In this document: piece by piece, positions 1-8,966 of the stretch
Numbering within the stretch: position 1 is the stretch's first letter
How the letters are laid out: each line of letters starts with the position of its first letter
Assembly (NCBI RefSeq): GCF_000017945.1
Contig: NC_009776.1
Coordinates: 540,001-572,000 of the forward strand
Direction: 5' to 3'
Source of the DNA: Ignicoccus hospitalis KIN4/I
Lineage (GTDB): Archaea > Thermoproteota > Thermoprotei_A > Sulfolobales > Ignicoccaceae
Length of the DNA stretch: 32,000 nt
The notes under the pieces: model-generated
Told to the model about the DNA's origin: nothing
Seen by the model: the letters and a program-made list of their open reading frames with translations, nothing else
Database searches by the model: none
Translations under genes and position numbers: made by a program

Positions 1-248
1 TGTCTATGTCGTACAAGAAGGCTTTGGTCTTCACTAAGGTGGGCACCGGGAGGCCGCCGATGGTGGCGGTTAGGATATCCCAGATAAAGCCGGTCGTGGT
101 CATACTCCACAAGCCGGTCAACTTGGACCGGCTGGCGGTGAGGATAGCCGAAAAAGAGGGGATAGCGCTAATAGTCTCCCTGTGCTCCGAGCCGGGCGAG
201 CTCATGGACCGGTTGAGGCTCTTGGACGTTCAACAGCCCTCCTCTTGA
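1..248 (+). CDS. 3' end of a gene that starts left of the window. The C-terminal fragment is possibly a DRTGG-type domain.
   Basis: The frame is open from base 3 to TGA at 246-248. The pattern ALVFTKVG...PVVVILHKP...IAEKEGIALIV resembles the C-terminal alpha/beta DRTGG-like layout. This is remembered family resemblance only. Confidence 0.3.
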   Translation, partial: SMSYKKALVFTKVGTGRPPMVAVRISQIKPVVVILHKPVNLDRLAVRIAEKEGIALIVSLCSEPGELMDRLRLLDVQQPSS

Positions 249-604
249 AGCTTGACTATCGCCTCGGCGATGTCCCCCTTCGTCTCGATAAGCGCTTGCT
301 TAGCCTTCTCCGGCGAGCACCCGGTCTGCTCGACCACGACCTTCACGTCGTCCTCGGAGACCTCTTGGACTTCCTGCCCTTCCTCGACCCCCTTTTCTTT
401 GACCACCTCCTTAGGGTTGAGTATTTGGTACGCCTTAGCTTGGCCGGGCAGCTCCAGCTCCAATACCTTGGGCTCGACCAATATTATCTTTTCGTCCACC
501 CCCTCTATTATCACGCGTTCAACCCCCTCTAGCTCGTAGACCTTTAACCCCGCCTTCTTCAACATCTTCTCTAGGGCCTTCATGTTGAAGCCGAACGGGA
601 GCAC
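230..604 (-). CDS. nac: Nascent polypeptide-associated complex protein (archaeal NAC domain plus C-terminal UBA-like domain)
   Basis: 124 aa with a GTG start. The N-terminus MLPFGFNMKALEKMLKKAGL is typical of archaeal NAC. An acidic linker precedes the C-terminal UBA-like EKAKQALIETKGDIAEAIVKL. Confidence 0.8.
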   Translation of the reverse strand: MLPFGFNMKALEKMLKKAGLKVYELEGVERVIIEGVDEKIILVEPKVLELELPGQAKAYQILNPKEVVKEKGVEEGQEVQEVSEDDVKVVVEQTGCSPEKAKQALIETKGDIAEAIVKLQEEGC

Positions 605-674
605 CGCGTTACCACCTCCCTTAAATTGCCTTCGTGAACCGGTCCAAAAGGGTTTAGATAAGCGGTGATGGGGA

Positions 675-1961
675 ATGGGCGCAGAGATAACTTTCTTGGG
701 CGGCGCTAGGGAGGTGGGCAGAGCCGCTTATTGGGTCAAGGACGGCAAGGCGAGTCTCCTCCTCGACTACGGGGTCAGCTTCGACGAAGAGGATAGGCCG
801 GTGTTCCCGGAGTACGTGTCTCCCAAGGACGTGGGCGCGGTGGTGCTCAGCCACGCCCACTTGGACCACTCCGGCGCGCTGCCGATGCTTTACTCCGCCA
901 TCCGCAGGCCTGCCTACATGACAAAGCTGACCAAAGAGCTCACCGCGATACTGATAAACGACTTCTTGAAACTTTCGGGATACTACGCGACCTACGGAGA
1001 GACCGAAGTCAAGGAGTTCTTAGAATCCGTGAGGACCGTAGACTACAGGAGGACCGTGGAGATACCGGAGGCCGGCGGGACCCTCTTGACCTTCTACGAC
1101 GCCGGCCACATACCGGGCAGCGCAATGGTGAAGTTAGAGCTCCCCAGCGGCTTGAAGCTGCTCTACACCGGCGACGTCAGGTTGAGCGAGACCCAGCTGC
1201 TGGGAGGGGCGGACGTCAGCGGCTTGGAAGCGGACGTGTTAATAATAGAAGCCACGTACGGGAAGTCCGACCATCCCCCCAGGGAGAACGTGGAGGCGCT
1301 GTTCGTCAGCGACGTGAGGGAGGTTTTGCAGGGCGGCGGGACGGTACTCGTCCCGGCCTTCGGCGTAGGAAGGGGTCAAGAGATACTCGCGGTGCTCGCG
1401 GACCACGAGGTGGAGGGAGACGTTTACCTAGACGGCATGGTGAGGAACGTAACCGAGCTCTTGATTCAAGGCGAAAACAAAAAGTTCTTGAAAAATCCGG
1501 ACATGCTAGAGAAAGCCTACGAGGAGGCCAAGGTGGTGAGGGGCTGGCAAGATAGGAGGAGGGTGTGGAAGAGGAACGGCGTAATAATAGCTTCTGCCGG
1601 CATGCTCAGAGGCGGCCCATCTCTATATTACGCGAGGAAGATCCAAGGGATCCCGAAGGACGCTATCTTCTTGGTGTCCTTCCAAGCACCCGGGACCCCC
1701 GGGCGCAGGTTAGTGGAGGAAGGAGTCATCGAGGAGGGCGGACCCCGGGTGGAGGCGAGGACCCAGTGGTTCGACTTCTCCAGCCACGCGGGGGCCAGCG
1801 AACTCTTGGAGATAATAAAGTCGGTCAACAAATTGAAGAAGGTTATAATAGTTCACTCAGAAGAGAGCACGGCCCTCCACTTCGCGCAGAGGGTGAGGGA
1901 GGAGACGGGCCTCGACGTGATAGTTCCGAAACCAATGGAGACGCTGAAGGTCGAAGTATAG
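675..1961 (+). CDS. beta-CASP metallo-beta-lactamase ribonuclease, aCPSF2-type
   Basis: 428 aa with the MBL motif HAHLDHSGALP, followed by DAGHIPGS, EATYG, FSSHAG and IVHSEE (beta-CASP motifs A-C). There is no KH domain, and the size fits aCPSF2. TATA-like TTTAGATAA lies ~20 nt upstream. Confidence 0.75.
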   Translation: MGAEITFLGGAREVGRAAYWVKDGKASLLLDYGVSFDEEDRPVFPEYVSPKDVGAVVLSHAHLDHSGALPMLYSAIRRPAYMTKLTKELTAILINDFLKLSGYYATYGETEVKEFLESVRTVDYRRTVEIPEAGGTLLTFYDAGHIPGSAMVKLELPSGLKLLYTGDVRLSETQLLGGADVSGLEADVLIIEATYGKSDHPPRENVEALFVSDVREVLQGGGTVLVPAFGVGRGQEILAVLADHEVEGDVYLDGMVRNVTELLIQGENKKFLKNPDMLEKAYEEAKVVRGWQDRRRVWKRNGVIIASAGMLRGGPSLYYARKIQGIPKDAIFLVSFQAPGTPGRRLVEEGVIEEGGPRVEARTQWFDFSSHAGASELLEIIKSVNKLKKVIIVHSEESTALHFAQRVREETGLDVIVPKPMETLKVEV

Positions 1962-2219
1962 CTACTTTTTATACAGCGGCTTCTTAACTTCGTGTACCTC
2001 GACTTCTAGGTCTTCCTTACCCACTTCTTTTTTTACGTTCTCAAGCGTTTCGTCCAGCCTATCGGAAGGTACTACTATAACGTACATCCTCCTGTTGGTT
2101 AAGACCTTCACCTTGCTGAAGTCTGGGGCTTTGGTTACCTTTACCTTCCTCACTGCGTCCTTCGCTTTCACCAACACCCTGGACTTAAGCTCGTCGAAGT
2201 TCTTGAGCAGTACCGGCAA
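1962..2219 (-). CDS. rpl38e: Ribosomal protein eL38 (L38e)
   Basis: 85 aa. The stretch MP..L..FDELKSRVLVKAKDAVRKVKVTK..DFSKVKVLTNRRMYVIVV aligns by eye with eukaryotic L38 ([43 protein letters not shown]). Among archaea, eL38 is restricted to Crenarchaeota. Confidence 0.55.
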   Translation of the reverse strand: MPVLLKNFDELKSRVLVKAKDAVRKVKVTKAPDFSKVKVLTNRRMYVIVVPSDRLDETLENVKKEVGKEDLEVEVHEVKKPLYKK

Positions 2220-2256
2220 GCCCGCTTCACCCCGGCGCTATGGGTCGGGTCCCCAG

Positions 2257-2901
2257 TTAAACGCTTCTGCCGCACCTCTCCGCGTACTCCCTCTTCAAGT
2301 CCCTCTCCACCACCTCCCCCCTCGGCTCCACCTCAGTCCAAGTCCTACCCCGGTAGAGCACAGCTTCCGTGTCCTCGTCCAGCCAACAGTCCGGGGGCAT
2401 GCCAGCCTTTACGCACGTCTCCGCTATGAAGGTCTCCGGGTCCCAGCAGTACTCCACCGGGACCTCCGGTAAGAGGACCCCGGAGAAGGGGCCGCGCCTT
2501 ATTATTATTCCGGTCTCACCTATCCTTATGTAAGGCAGAGCCCTCCTAGCCGGCCTGAAGGGGGTGTGGTCGCCGAGGACGCTGACTTCCACTACCACGT
2601 GGTCGAGCTCCCCGGGGCTCATAGGGGGAAACCTAGGGTCTTGGGTAGCGGCCGCCACCGCGACCTCCATGACCGTCTGGGCCAAGGGCTTCACGGGCTC
2701 TACGTAGCCTATGCACCCCCTGAGCTCCCTCTCGGGATAGGTCAAGATGGTGACGAACGCCGCTCCCAGCTTCTTCAGCTTCTCCGGCACCTCCACTCTG
2801 GGCAACTCCCCCGCGGTCAAGTAACTCTCTATGGTCTTTCTGGCCAGCCTCACTAGAAACTCGCCGTCCTCGTGGGTGAGCTCGTCCAGCGAGATTATCA
2901 T
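2257..2901 (-). CDS. AMMECR1 domain protein
   Basis: 214 aa with the family signature LRGCIGY...ATQDPRFPP. TATA-like ATAAAAGG lies ~35 nt upstream on the minus strand. Confidence 0.8.
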   Translation of the reverse strand: MIISLDELTHEDGEFLVRLARKTIESYLTAGELPRVEVPEKLKKLGAAFVTILTYPERELRGCIGYVEPVKPLAQTVMEVAVAAATQDPRFPPMSPGELDHVVVEVSVLGDHTPFRPARRALPYIRIGETGIIIRRGPFSGVLLPEVPVEYCWDPETFIAETCVKAGMPPDCWLDEDTEAVLYRGRTWTEVEPRGEVVERDLKREYAERCGRSV

Positions 2902-3006
2902 GACGAAGCCCTTTAAGGGCTCTTGACGCTCGCCTTTTATGCATGGGCCCGTGAGGAGGCTTTCAAGGCTCGAGCGGTGAAGAGCCCGCGCAGGGCCGAG
3001 GCCCGG

Positions 3007-3639
3007 TTACTCCGGATACCTCCCCTCCACCACAAAGACCACTTGGCTGGCCACTTGCACGCTGTGGTCGGCCGCCCTCTCTAGGAACTTTATCGAGAGC
3101 GCCTCCACCACCGCACAAGGTACGTTTTCGTAATTCTTGATTATATCCATTAGCATGCTGTGGTAGGTCTCGTCGACCTCATCGTCCTTCGTTATTATTT
3201 TCATAGCCTTCAAAACGTCCATATTCTTTAGCGCGTCTATACTGCCTTCTATCATAGATTTCACTATAGGCGCCAAGCTCGCGAAGTGCTTGGGCTCGCA
3301 CTTGACTCCCAAGCTCTCTAAGCGCGCGAAGGCGGAGAGTGCGTCGTAGGCGTAGCGGGCAAAGCGGAAGAAGGCGTAGCTCAGCTCGAGAGATGCCTTG
3401 ACTTTCCTCAAGTCTTTGGCGACCGGTTGGTAACGGGCTATTATTTCTAGGGCCAGCTCGTTTACCTCCTCCCTCAACTGCCCCAGCTTTCCAACCATCT
3501 CCTTAACCTCGTCCCTGAGCTCGCTGGCCCTCCTCTCTTCTATTGCATTAGTGGAGAGCTCGAAGGCCCTCTTGCTGAGTTCGGCCATCTTCATTATTTG
3601 ATTATCCAGCTCCTTAAGTCCTATTTCCACGAGTCTCAA
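3007..3639 (-). CDS. PhoU-family protein (two PhoU-like helical repeats); no pst genes nearby
   Basis: 210 aa and all-helical. IARYQPVAKDLR matches the PhoU repeat signature (..P.A.DLR), and a second repeat ends ..ERAADH. Confidence 0.65.
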   Translation of the reverse strand: MRLVEIGLKELDNQIMKMAELSKRAFELSTNAIEERRASELRDEVKEMVGKLGQLREEVNELALEIIARYQPVAKDLRKVKASLELSYAFFRFARYAYDALSAFARLESLGVKCEPKHFASLAPIVKSMIEGSIDALKNMDVLKAMKIITKDDEVDETYHSMLMDIIKNYENVPCAVVEALSIKFLERAADHSVQVASQVVFVVEGRYPE

Positions 3640-3698
3640 AACGTCGCCCGTGAGACCGGCTCACCTAGGGCTTCTAAATTTGGGAAGCCCGCGGAGAA

Positions 3699-4730
3699 AT
3701 GGGGTTAAACGCTGGCGCCTTGCGACGCGTAGGTGTGACCGTGGCCCAGATATGGAAGGACAGCGACGTCTCCCTGGAACCGCTAAAGGGTAGGAAGGTA
3801 GCCATCATAGGCTACGGCTCCCAAGGCAGGGCGTGGGCGCTGAACATAAGGGACAGCGGAGTGGACGTAGTGGTCGGGCTGAGGCCCGGAGGCAAGAGTT
3901 GGGAGCTAGCTACCAAAGACGGCTTCGAACCCAAGCCTATCCCGGAGGCGGCTAAGGAGGGCGACGTCATAGCTATGCTCATCCCCGACATGGCCCAACC
4001 AGAGATATACGAGAAGTACGTGGAGCCCAACCTCCACGAGGGCAACGCACTGGTGTTCGCCCACGGCTTCAACATTCACTACGGACTCATAAAGCCTCCC
4101 AAGAACGTAGACGTCATAATGGTTGCCCCCAAGAGTCCGGGGCCTAAGGTCAGAGAGGCCTTCCTCTCCGGAAGGGGCGTTCCGGCCTTAGTGGCCGTAC
4201 ACCAAGATTACACCGGGAAGGCTTGGGACTTGGTGCTAGCTTTAGCCAAGGCGTTAGGGTGCACCAGAGCCGGCGTGATAAAGACCACCTTCAAGGAGGA
4301 GACCGAGAGCGACCTCATAGGCGAACAGACCGTACTCGTGGGCGGCTTGATGGAGCTGTTGAAGAAGGGCTTCGAGAACTTAGTAGAGCTCGGCTACCAG
4401 CCTGAAGTGGCTTACTTCGAGGCCATAAACGAAGCAAAGCTGATAATGGACCTCATCTGGCAGTACGGCTTCTACGGCATGCTCTTGAGGGTTAGCGACA
4501 CTGCCAAGTACGGCGGCCTTACAGTGGGGCCTAAGGTCATTGACGAACACGTGAAAGAGAACATGAAGAAGGCGTCAGAGAGGGTAATAAGCGGCGAGTT
4601 CGCAAAGGAGTGGGTGGAGGAGTACAAGAAGGGCATGCCCACTTTGAAGGAGTTGATGGAGAAGGTTAAGGAGCACCAAGCTGAGAAGGTGGGTAAGGAG
4701 CTCAGAAAGCTCATGGGCTTGGAAGAGTAA
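3699..4730 (+). CDS. ilvC: Ketol-acid reductoisomerase (class I)
   Basis: The motif [24 protein letters not shown] plus downstream KARI blocks. The true start is more likely GTG at 3735 or 3741 (MAQIWKDSD...), because TATA-like CTAAATTT lies at ~3675. Confidence 0.9.
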   Translation: MGLNAGALRRVGVTVAQIWKDSDVSLEPLKGRKVAIIGYGSQGRAWALNIRDSGVDVVVGLRPGGKSWELATKDGFEPKPIPEAAKEGDVIAMLIPDMAQPEIYEKYVEPNLHEGNALVFAHGFNIHYGLIKPPKNVDVIMVAPKSPGPKVREAFLSGRGVPALVAVHQDYTGKAWDLVLALAKALGCTRAGVIKTTFKEETESDLIGEQTVLVGGLMELLKKGFENLVELGYQPEVAYFEAINEAKLIMDLIWQYGFYGMLLRVSDTAKYGGLTVGPKVIDEHVKENMKKASERVISGEFAKEWVEEYKKGMPTLKELMEKVKEHQAEKVGKELRKLMGLEE

Positions 4731-4750
4731 CGAAGTTCCCGTAACGGACG

Positions 4751-4764
4751 TTCTTTTTATTGTT
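4751..4764 (+). terminator. T-rich tract downstream of ilvC
   Basis: TTCTTTTTATTGTT begins 21 nt after the ilvC stop. Archaeal termination commonly uses oligo-T tracts. Confidence 0.3.
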
Positions 4765-4786
4765 CACTTCTCTCTGAGAAGGGAAC

Positions 4787-4894
4787 TCACTTGAGAAGGG
4801 AAAGCACGTAGTTACCGTACGCGTAGAGGACGATCACGAGCGCGCTTAACACGTAAACGTACAACAAAACCTTCAAGAGGTCTTCATACCTCAC
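4787..4894 (-). CDS. Candidate 35-aa single-TM micro-protein, below the ORF-track cutoff
   Basis: My own translation runs from GTG at 4894 to TGA at 4787-4789: VRYEDLLKVLLYVYVLSALVIVLYAYGNYVLSLLK. TTTAAATAAA (minus strand, ~4927-4936) lies ~35 nt upstream, and GGTGG lies just before the start. Confidence 0.25.
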   Translation of the reverse strand: MRYEDLLKVLLYVYVLSALVIVLYAYGNYVLSLLK

Positions 4895-4951
4895 TTACCG
4901 CCACCTTCGGGGAGAGGGTGACCGCGTTTATTTAAAAATGGCGTTACTTCG

Positions 4952-6916
4952 TCACTCTATGATTATCTTGGTGTACTGGACCGCAGGCTCGAAGAGCTTT
5001 CCGCGGTCGATGTAGAACTTAGTGAACCACTCGTAGAAGTGAAGCCTTAAGTTGTGGATGAAGCTCACTAGGCCCTCTAGCATTATTACCATTATGTTTG
5101 CTAACACGTAGAGTATCGCTAACAGTACGGGCCCGCCTATTTCGCCTATCACTTGGAAGGCGAACACCAGGCCCCAGTGCGCCAAGGCCAGCGCCATGAT
5201 CCTCACGTACGATATTATGTTGCTGATAACCAGCAAGAAGTTGTCGAACATTTCCATGCCCACTATGCTCGCTTGCGCGCGGCCGTGCTCGTGCTCCAGC
5301 TCCAACTTGATGCCGTAGCCCCTCCAAAGGAGCGCTATGACGAACAGTACGAACAGCGGGCCTATGTGGCCGGTCTTCAAGTTGAACATCCACTCGTTGA
5401 AGTAGAGCCCTGTCAAGTACATCATCTGCTCTATGTCGCTACCGAAGCCACTGGCTATGAAGCCCGCCGCGAAGGGGGCGCCGGCGGTGGCGTACATCAA
5501 CATGAACGGGAACACGTAGTGCAGCGCCTTCCAAGGCCGTCCGAAGCGGAGCTCGTTGAGTATTCCTATTAAGAACCCTATCAGCAAGTGGAAGTAGCCT
5601 ATCGTTATGCTCAGCAGCACGTACTTTATCACGGTGTCGCCTAGGTGCTCGAGGCCGAAGCTCAGCGGCGGCGCCATGCCCAGGGCGCCCCACAGCCACA
5701 TAGCGGGGTCGACCGCGCTCTCGCCTATGAGTGGGCCGAAGAACTCGGCGGAGAGCCAGCCAGTTATGATGGACGCTGTGCCTACCAGCATCATAATCCG
5801 TCCTAGGAACTCCGTTCCCCTAGTGAACCTCCTAAGCCCGAAAGGTCTGAAGACGGCCAGGGCCCAGCCTTTACGGTTGACCAGCCCCCAGCCGAACAAG
5901 ACCAATACCAATGCGTGGCCCCAGTCCGGGAACATGAACATGTAGATGAACGGCAGCGTGAAGGCCATTATCGCCGCCGGTACGAACTCTCTGGGGTCGG
6001 GAGGGCCGTAGATGTTCTCCACGTCGTAGGCGGTCTTGGCGCTCTGACTCTCTACCTTGACGTACGTGGGCGGCTTCTCGGAGTCGTAGTCCACCATATG
6101 GACTAACGCGAAGCCCACGCTGGCCACGTAATCCTTCAAGGCCTTCAGGGTGTTCTTGAAGAAGCTCTCGGGTACGTAACCTTCCAAGTAGACGAAGTAA
6201 TCGCTCTCCCTCCCCTTGGAGAGCACTTCCAAGGCGTTCTTAACGCTCAACAAGAGCGCATAGGTGTTGCTTATCTCTATTTCGTAATCGCTGGCCCAAG
6301 CCTTGGCCTCCTCAATCAAGAACTTCTTTTCTTCCTCCAGCAACCTTAGGAGTTCTAATGCCACCTTTCTCACGATCTCAGTGCTTATCTTTAAGGCTTC
6401 TTTGGCTGCCAAGTCGACGACCGCCAGATCCTTCCTGAGCTCGGCGGGTATCTCGCGGGATATTATCAAGTTGAAGGTTTCTTTCAACTTTTCGACGACG
6501 TCCTTGGGCAGCTCGGCGGGTTTAGATATTAAGGTACTTACGTCGAACATCTTTGCCTCTATCTCCTTAATCCTGCTCGTGTACTTCTCGAACTCATCTT
6601 CGATCTTCTTCGCCCTTTCCGCTGCGACCTTGGCCGCCTCTTCCCAGCTCTTAACCTTCACGGGTTCGCCCATCTCCGGCTCCACGCTGAGCTCGAAGAA
6701 CTCGAAATACTGCTCCAGCTTGTTGATGTGGTCCATTATGACGAGTAAGTCTCTGCGGGCCCACTCTATGGGCGCGCCGAACTCTACCTTAGCCTCGGCC
6801 GGCTCGTAGCTCCCCAAGTTTACTATTTTCTCTACTAGTTTGTCCGCGCTGTCCTTGGGCACGACTACCCTCACTTTGAACATTCTATCGGGAAACAGCG
6901 CAGCCTTTAGGCACAC
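4952..6916 (-). CDS. atpI: A/V-type ATP synthase subunit I (membrane a-subunit homologue)
   Basis: 654 aa. The N-terminus ..LFPDRMFKVRVVVPKD matches the M.RPe.M.kv.iv pattern of subunit I. A coiled-coil soluble half is followed by multi-TM C-terminal half. The start is GTG at 6916, 38 nt from the TATA at 6951-6958, with ATG at 6883 as the alternative. Confidence 0.85.
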   Translation of the reverse strand: MCLKAALFPDRMFKVRVVVPKDSADKLVEKIVNLGSYEPAEAKVEFGAPIEWARRDLLVIMDHINKLEQYFEFFELSVEPEMGEPVKVKSWEEAAKVAAERAKKIEDEFEKYTSRIKEIEAKMFDVSTLISKPAELPKDVVEKLKETFNLIISREIPAELRKDLAVVDLAAKEALKISTEIVRKVALELLRLLEEEKKFLIEEAKAWASDYEIEISNTYALLLSVKNALEVLSKGRESDYFVYLEGYVPESFFKNTLKALKDYVASVGFALVHMVDYDSEKPPTYVKVESQSAKTAYDVENIYGPPDPREFVPAAIMAFTLPFIYMFMFPDWGHALVLVLFGWGLVNRKGWALAVFRPFGLRRFTRGTEFLGRIMMLVGTASIITGWLSAEFFGPLIGESAVDPAMWLWGALGMAPPLSFGLEHLGDTVIKYVLLSITIGYFHLLIGFLIGILNELRFGRPWKALHYVFPFMLMYATAGAPFAAGFIASGFGSDIEQMMYLTGLYFNEWMFNLKTGHIGPLFVLFVIALLWRGYGIKLELEHEHGRAQASIVGMEMFDNFLLVISNIISYVRIMALALAHWGLVFAFQVIGEIGGPVLLAILYVLANIMVIMLEGLVSFIHNLRLHFYEWFTKFYIDRGKLFEPAVQYTKIIIE

Positions 6917-6950
6917 GTCACTTCTCCCTATCCCTTCACGGTGAAGCCTT

Positions 6951-6958
6951 TTTATAAA
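6951..6958. promoter_or_regulatory. Palindromic TATA box TTTATAAA in the atpI/pcn divergent region
   Basis: It lies 38 nt from the atpI GTG (6916). A second TATA-like TTCAAATAA (6985-6993) lies ~38 nt before the PCNA TTG at 7026. Confidence 0.4.
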
Positions 6959-7025
6959 GATCTTGAAGGAGGGCGCAGAAGGGCTTCAAATAACTCTCCG
7001 GCGCCAAAGGACGTGGAAGGTAAGC

Positions 7026-7772
7026 TTGAAGATCGTATACCCTGAGGCAAAAATCTTTCAAAGCCTTGTGGACGCTATCGGAAAGATAGTAGACGAAGTC
7101 GCGTTGGTCGCGAAGCCCGAAGGGGTAGAAATGAAGGCGATAGACCCAGCCCAAGTAGTTATGATAAGAATATACATTCCCGCCGACGCCTTTAGCGAGT
7201 ACGAGGTCGAAGAGGAGGAGAGCTTGGGATTCAACATAGGTGACATCCTCAAGTTCTTCAAGAGAGCAAAGAAGGGCTACAAACTTGAGCTGGGGAGCGA
7301 GGCTGAAGGGTCTAAAATAAGGATAGTGTTGGAGGGCGCTCTGATAAAGAAATACGTTATACCGAACTTAGAGGTGGTGTCGGAGGAACTGCCCGACTTG
7401 AGCAACCTCGATTTTAAAGTCAAAGCTTTGTTGTTGGCCTCAGTGATAAAGGAGGCTATCAAGGACATAGAGGCGGTAAGCGACGTAATGATAGTTGAGG
7501 CGCCGGACGCGGACAACCTCTACTTGAAGGGAGCCGGCGTAGCAGAGGCCGTTACCAGAGTTTCCAGAGCTTCCTCGGCGCTCCTAGAGCTCGAGGTGGA
7601 GGAGCCTTCAAAGGCCGCTTACGACCTAACGTACCTCAAGCACATAGTGGGAATCACGAAAGTATCGGACAACGTCGAGGTGAGGTTTGGAACCGACATG
7701 CCGTTGTACTTGAAGTTTAACATACTGGCGGGAGGAGAGGCGGAATACGTAGTGGCGCCCCAAGCCTTGTGA
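7026..7772 (+). CDS. pcn: DNA polymerase sliding clamp (PCNA)
   Basis: MKIVYPEAKIFQSLVDAIGKIVDEVALVAKPEGVEMKAIDPAQVVMIRIYIP is a canonical archaeal PCNA N-terminus. I moved the start from the track's TTG at 6963 to the TTG at 7026. Confidence 0.85.
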   Translation: MKIVYPEAKIFQSLVDAIGKIVDEVALVAKPEGVEMKAIDPAQVVMIRIYIPADAFSEYEVEEEESLGFNIGDILKFFKRAKKGYKLELGSEAEGSKIRIVLEGALIKKYVIPNLEVVSEELPDLSNLDFKVKALLLASVIKEAIKDIEAVSDVMIVEAPDADNLYLKGAGVAEAVTRVSRASSALLELEVEEPSKAAYDLTYLKHIVGITKVSDNVEVRFGTDMPLYLKFNILAGGEAEYVVAPQAL

Positions 7773-7790
7773 CAAAAAAGGTGTGGAAAC

Positions 7791-8198
7791 CTATACCCCG
7801 TCCCCTTCGACCAAGGAGCGGTCCGCGTTACCTCCGACGACCTTCTTGGCCTCTAAGTTGCGAACGATGAACTCGAAGGCCTTACGGGGGTCAGTGTGGC
7901 TCCCACAAGAGTAGACGTCCACCGTGGCGAAGGCGAACTCGGGCCAAGTGTGAATGGTTATGTGACTCTCGAGGACTATGGCCACAACGCTGACGCCCTC
8001 CCCCATCTTCCAAGACTTAACGTCCAACAAAGTCATGTTGCCTACCTTAGCCGCTTCTACTACCAAATCCCTCAAGTACTCTTCGTCCTTCAGCTTCTCT
8101 ACGTTGCAGCCGTAGAGGTTGCCGTAGTAGTGCTTTCCGTAGACTTTCACCTTAGCGCCTTTGTCCGTTAGGTTCAGTGCCTCTCTACTCGCCATCAT
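7791..8198 (-). CDS. speH: Pyruvoyl-dependent S-adenosylmethionine decarboxylase proenzyme
   Basis: 135 aa with the self-cleavage and active-site motif [12 protein letters not shown]. Confidence 0.85.
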   Translation of the reverse strand: MMASREALNLTDKGAKVKVYGKHYYGNLYGCNVEKLKDEEYLRDLVVEAAKVGNMTLLDVKSWKMGEGVSVVAIVLESHITIHTWPEFAFATVDVYSCGSHTDPRKAFEFIVRNLEAKKVVGGNADRSLVEGDGV

Positions 8199-8277
8199 GG
8201 CCCGTCCCCTTTCGGGAAGGGAGCTATTGGGGAGACCTTATATCTGAAACCCCCCTCTACGGCCGGGCTCAAAGGAG

Positions 8278-8958
8278 ATGAGCTCGGACGCCCAACGACG
8301 AGCGGCGAACCACGCCGTACTCGTTGTGGACCCCTTTCTTAAGGATGCGATAGAAAACATCATGAGGGAGGGACAGATAGGCGAGGTCTCGGAAACTACC
8401 TTCCCAGACGTGATCTTTACGAAATCTTGGAGTAACGACGTAGCCTTGTTGACGTTTGCAGACTCGCAGTACCTAGCAGAAGCCATCTTGGAGCTCAAGG
8501 TCCTCGGAATGAGGAAGATCGTCTTCTTAGACGTGGCCACCGCACTCAAACCCGGCTTAAAGGTGTCCCAAGCGTACCCCGTTTACGCCACCAGCACGCC
8601 GGTGAAAGAGGAATTCTACGTACCGTTGGTACCCAGCATGCAACTGCTCAACGCTGTAGTGGAGCTCTTGGAGCCCGAGAGGGAAGTAATAGCGTTCACT
8701 TCCCGCTTGCCGCCTCAAGACGTAGCAATGACAGACCTCCTCAAGAAGAAGGGATTCGACGTTATCGATAAGAACTCCGGGCTGGTCTATGAGGTCTGTA
8801 AGGGAAGCGTGGAGTGCGTAACCCTAGACCTAATTGACTCGAACTTAGCTAAGGGTATAGAAAAGAAGACCGCGTGGGAGGAGGGAGGGAAGTACTATTC
8901 TAGCATTTTGGACACCCTTACAGATTTATTCAAGAAGCTACTGAGTGCCGAGCTGTAG
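8278..8958 (+). CDS. Hypothetical protein with a divergent PNP_UDP_1 / MTA-nucleosidase-like fold
   Basis: 226 aa. VALLTFADSQYLAEAILELKVLGMRKIVFLDVATALKPGLKVSQ parallels E. coli MtnN [46 protein letters not shown]. However, the GIGK, SAGG and EME positions are substituted. Confidence 0.35.
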   Translation: MSSDAQRRAANHAVLVVDPFLKDAIENIMREGQIGEVSETTFPDVIFTKSWSNDVALLTFADSQYLAEAILELKVLGMRKIVFLDVATALKPGLKVSQAYPVYATSTPVKEEFYVPLVPSMQLLNAVVELLEPEREVIAFTSRLPPQDVAMTDLLKKKGFDVIDKNSGLVYEVCKGSVECVTLDLIDSNLAKGIEKKTAWEEGGKYYSSILDTLTDLFKKLLSAEL

Positions 8959-8966
8959 GGGGAACC

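Noticed and set aside
6963-7025. The TTG 6963 start giving PCNA a 21-aa N-terminal extension (MKEGAEGLQITLRRQRTWKVS)
   Set aside because: It begins only ~10 nt from the TATA at 6951-6958 and adds a non-PCNA-like basic peptide. TTG 7026 gives the canonical MKIVYPEAK start and has its own TATA-like box ~38 nt upstream.
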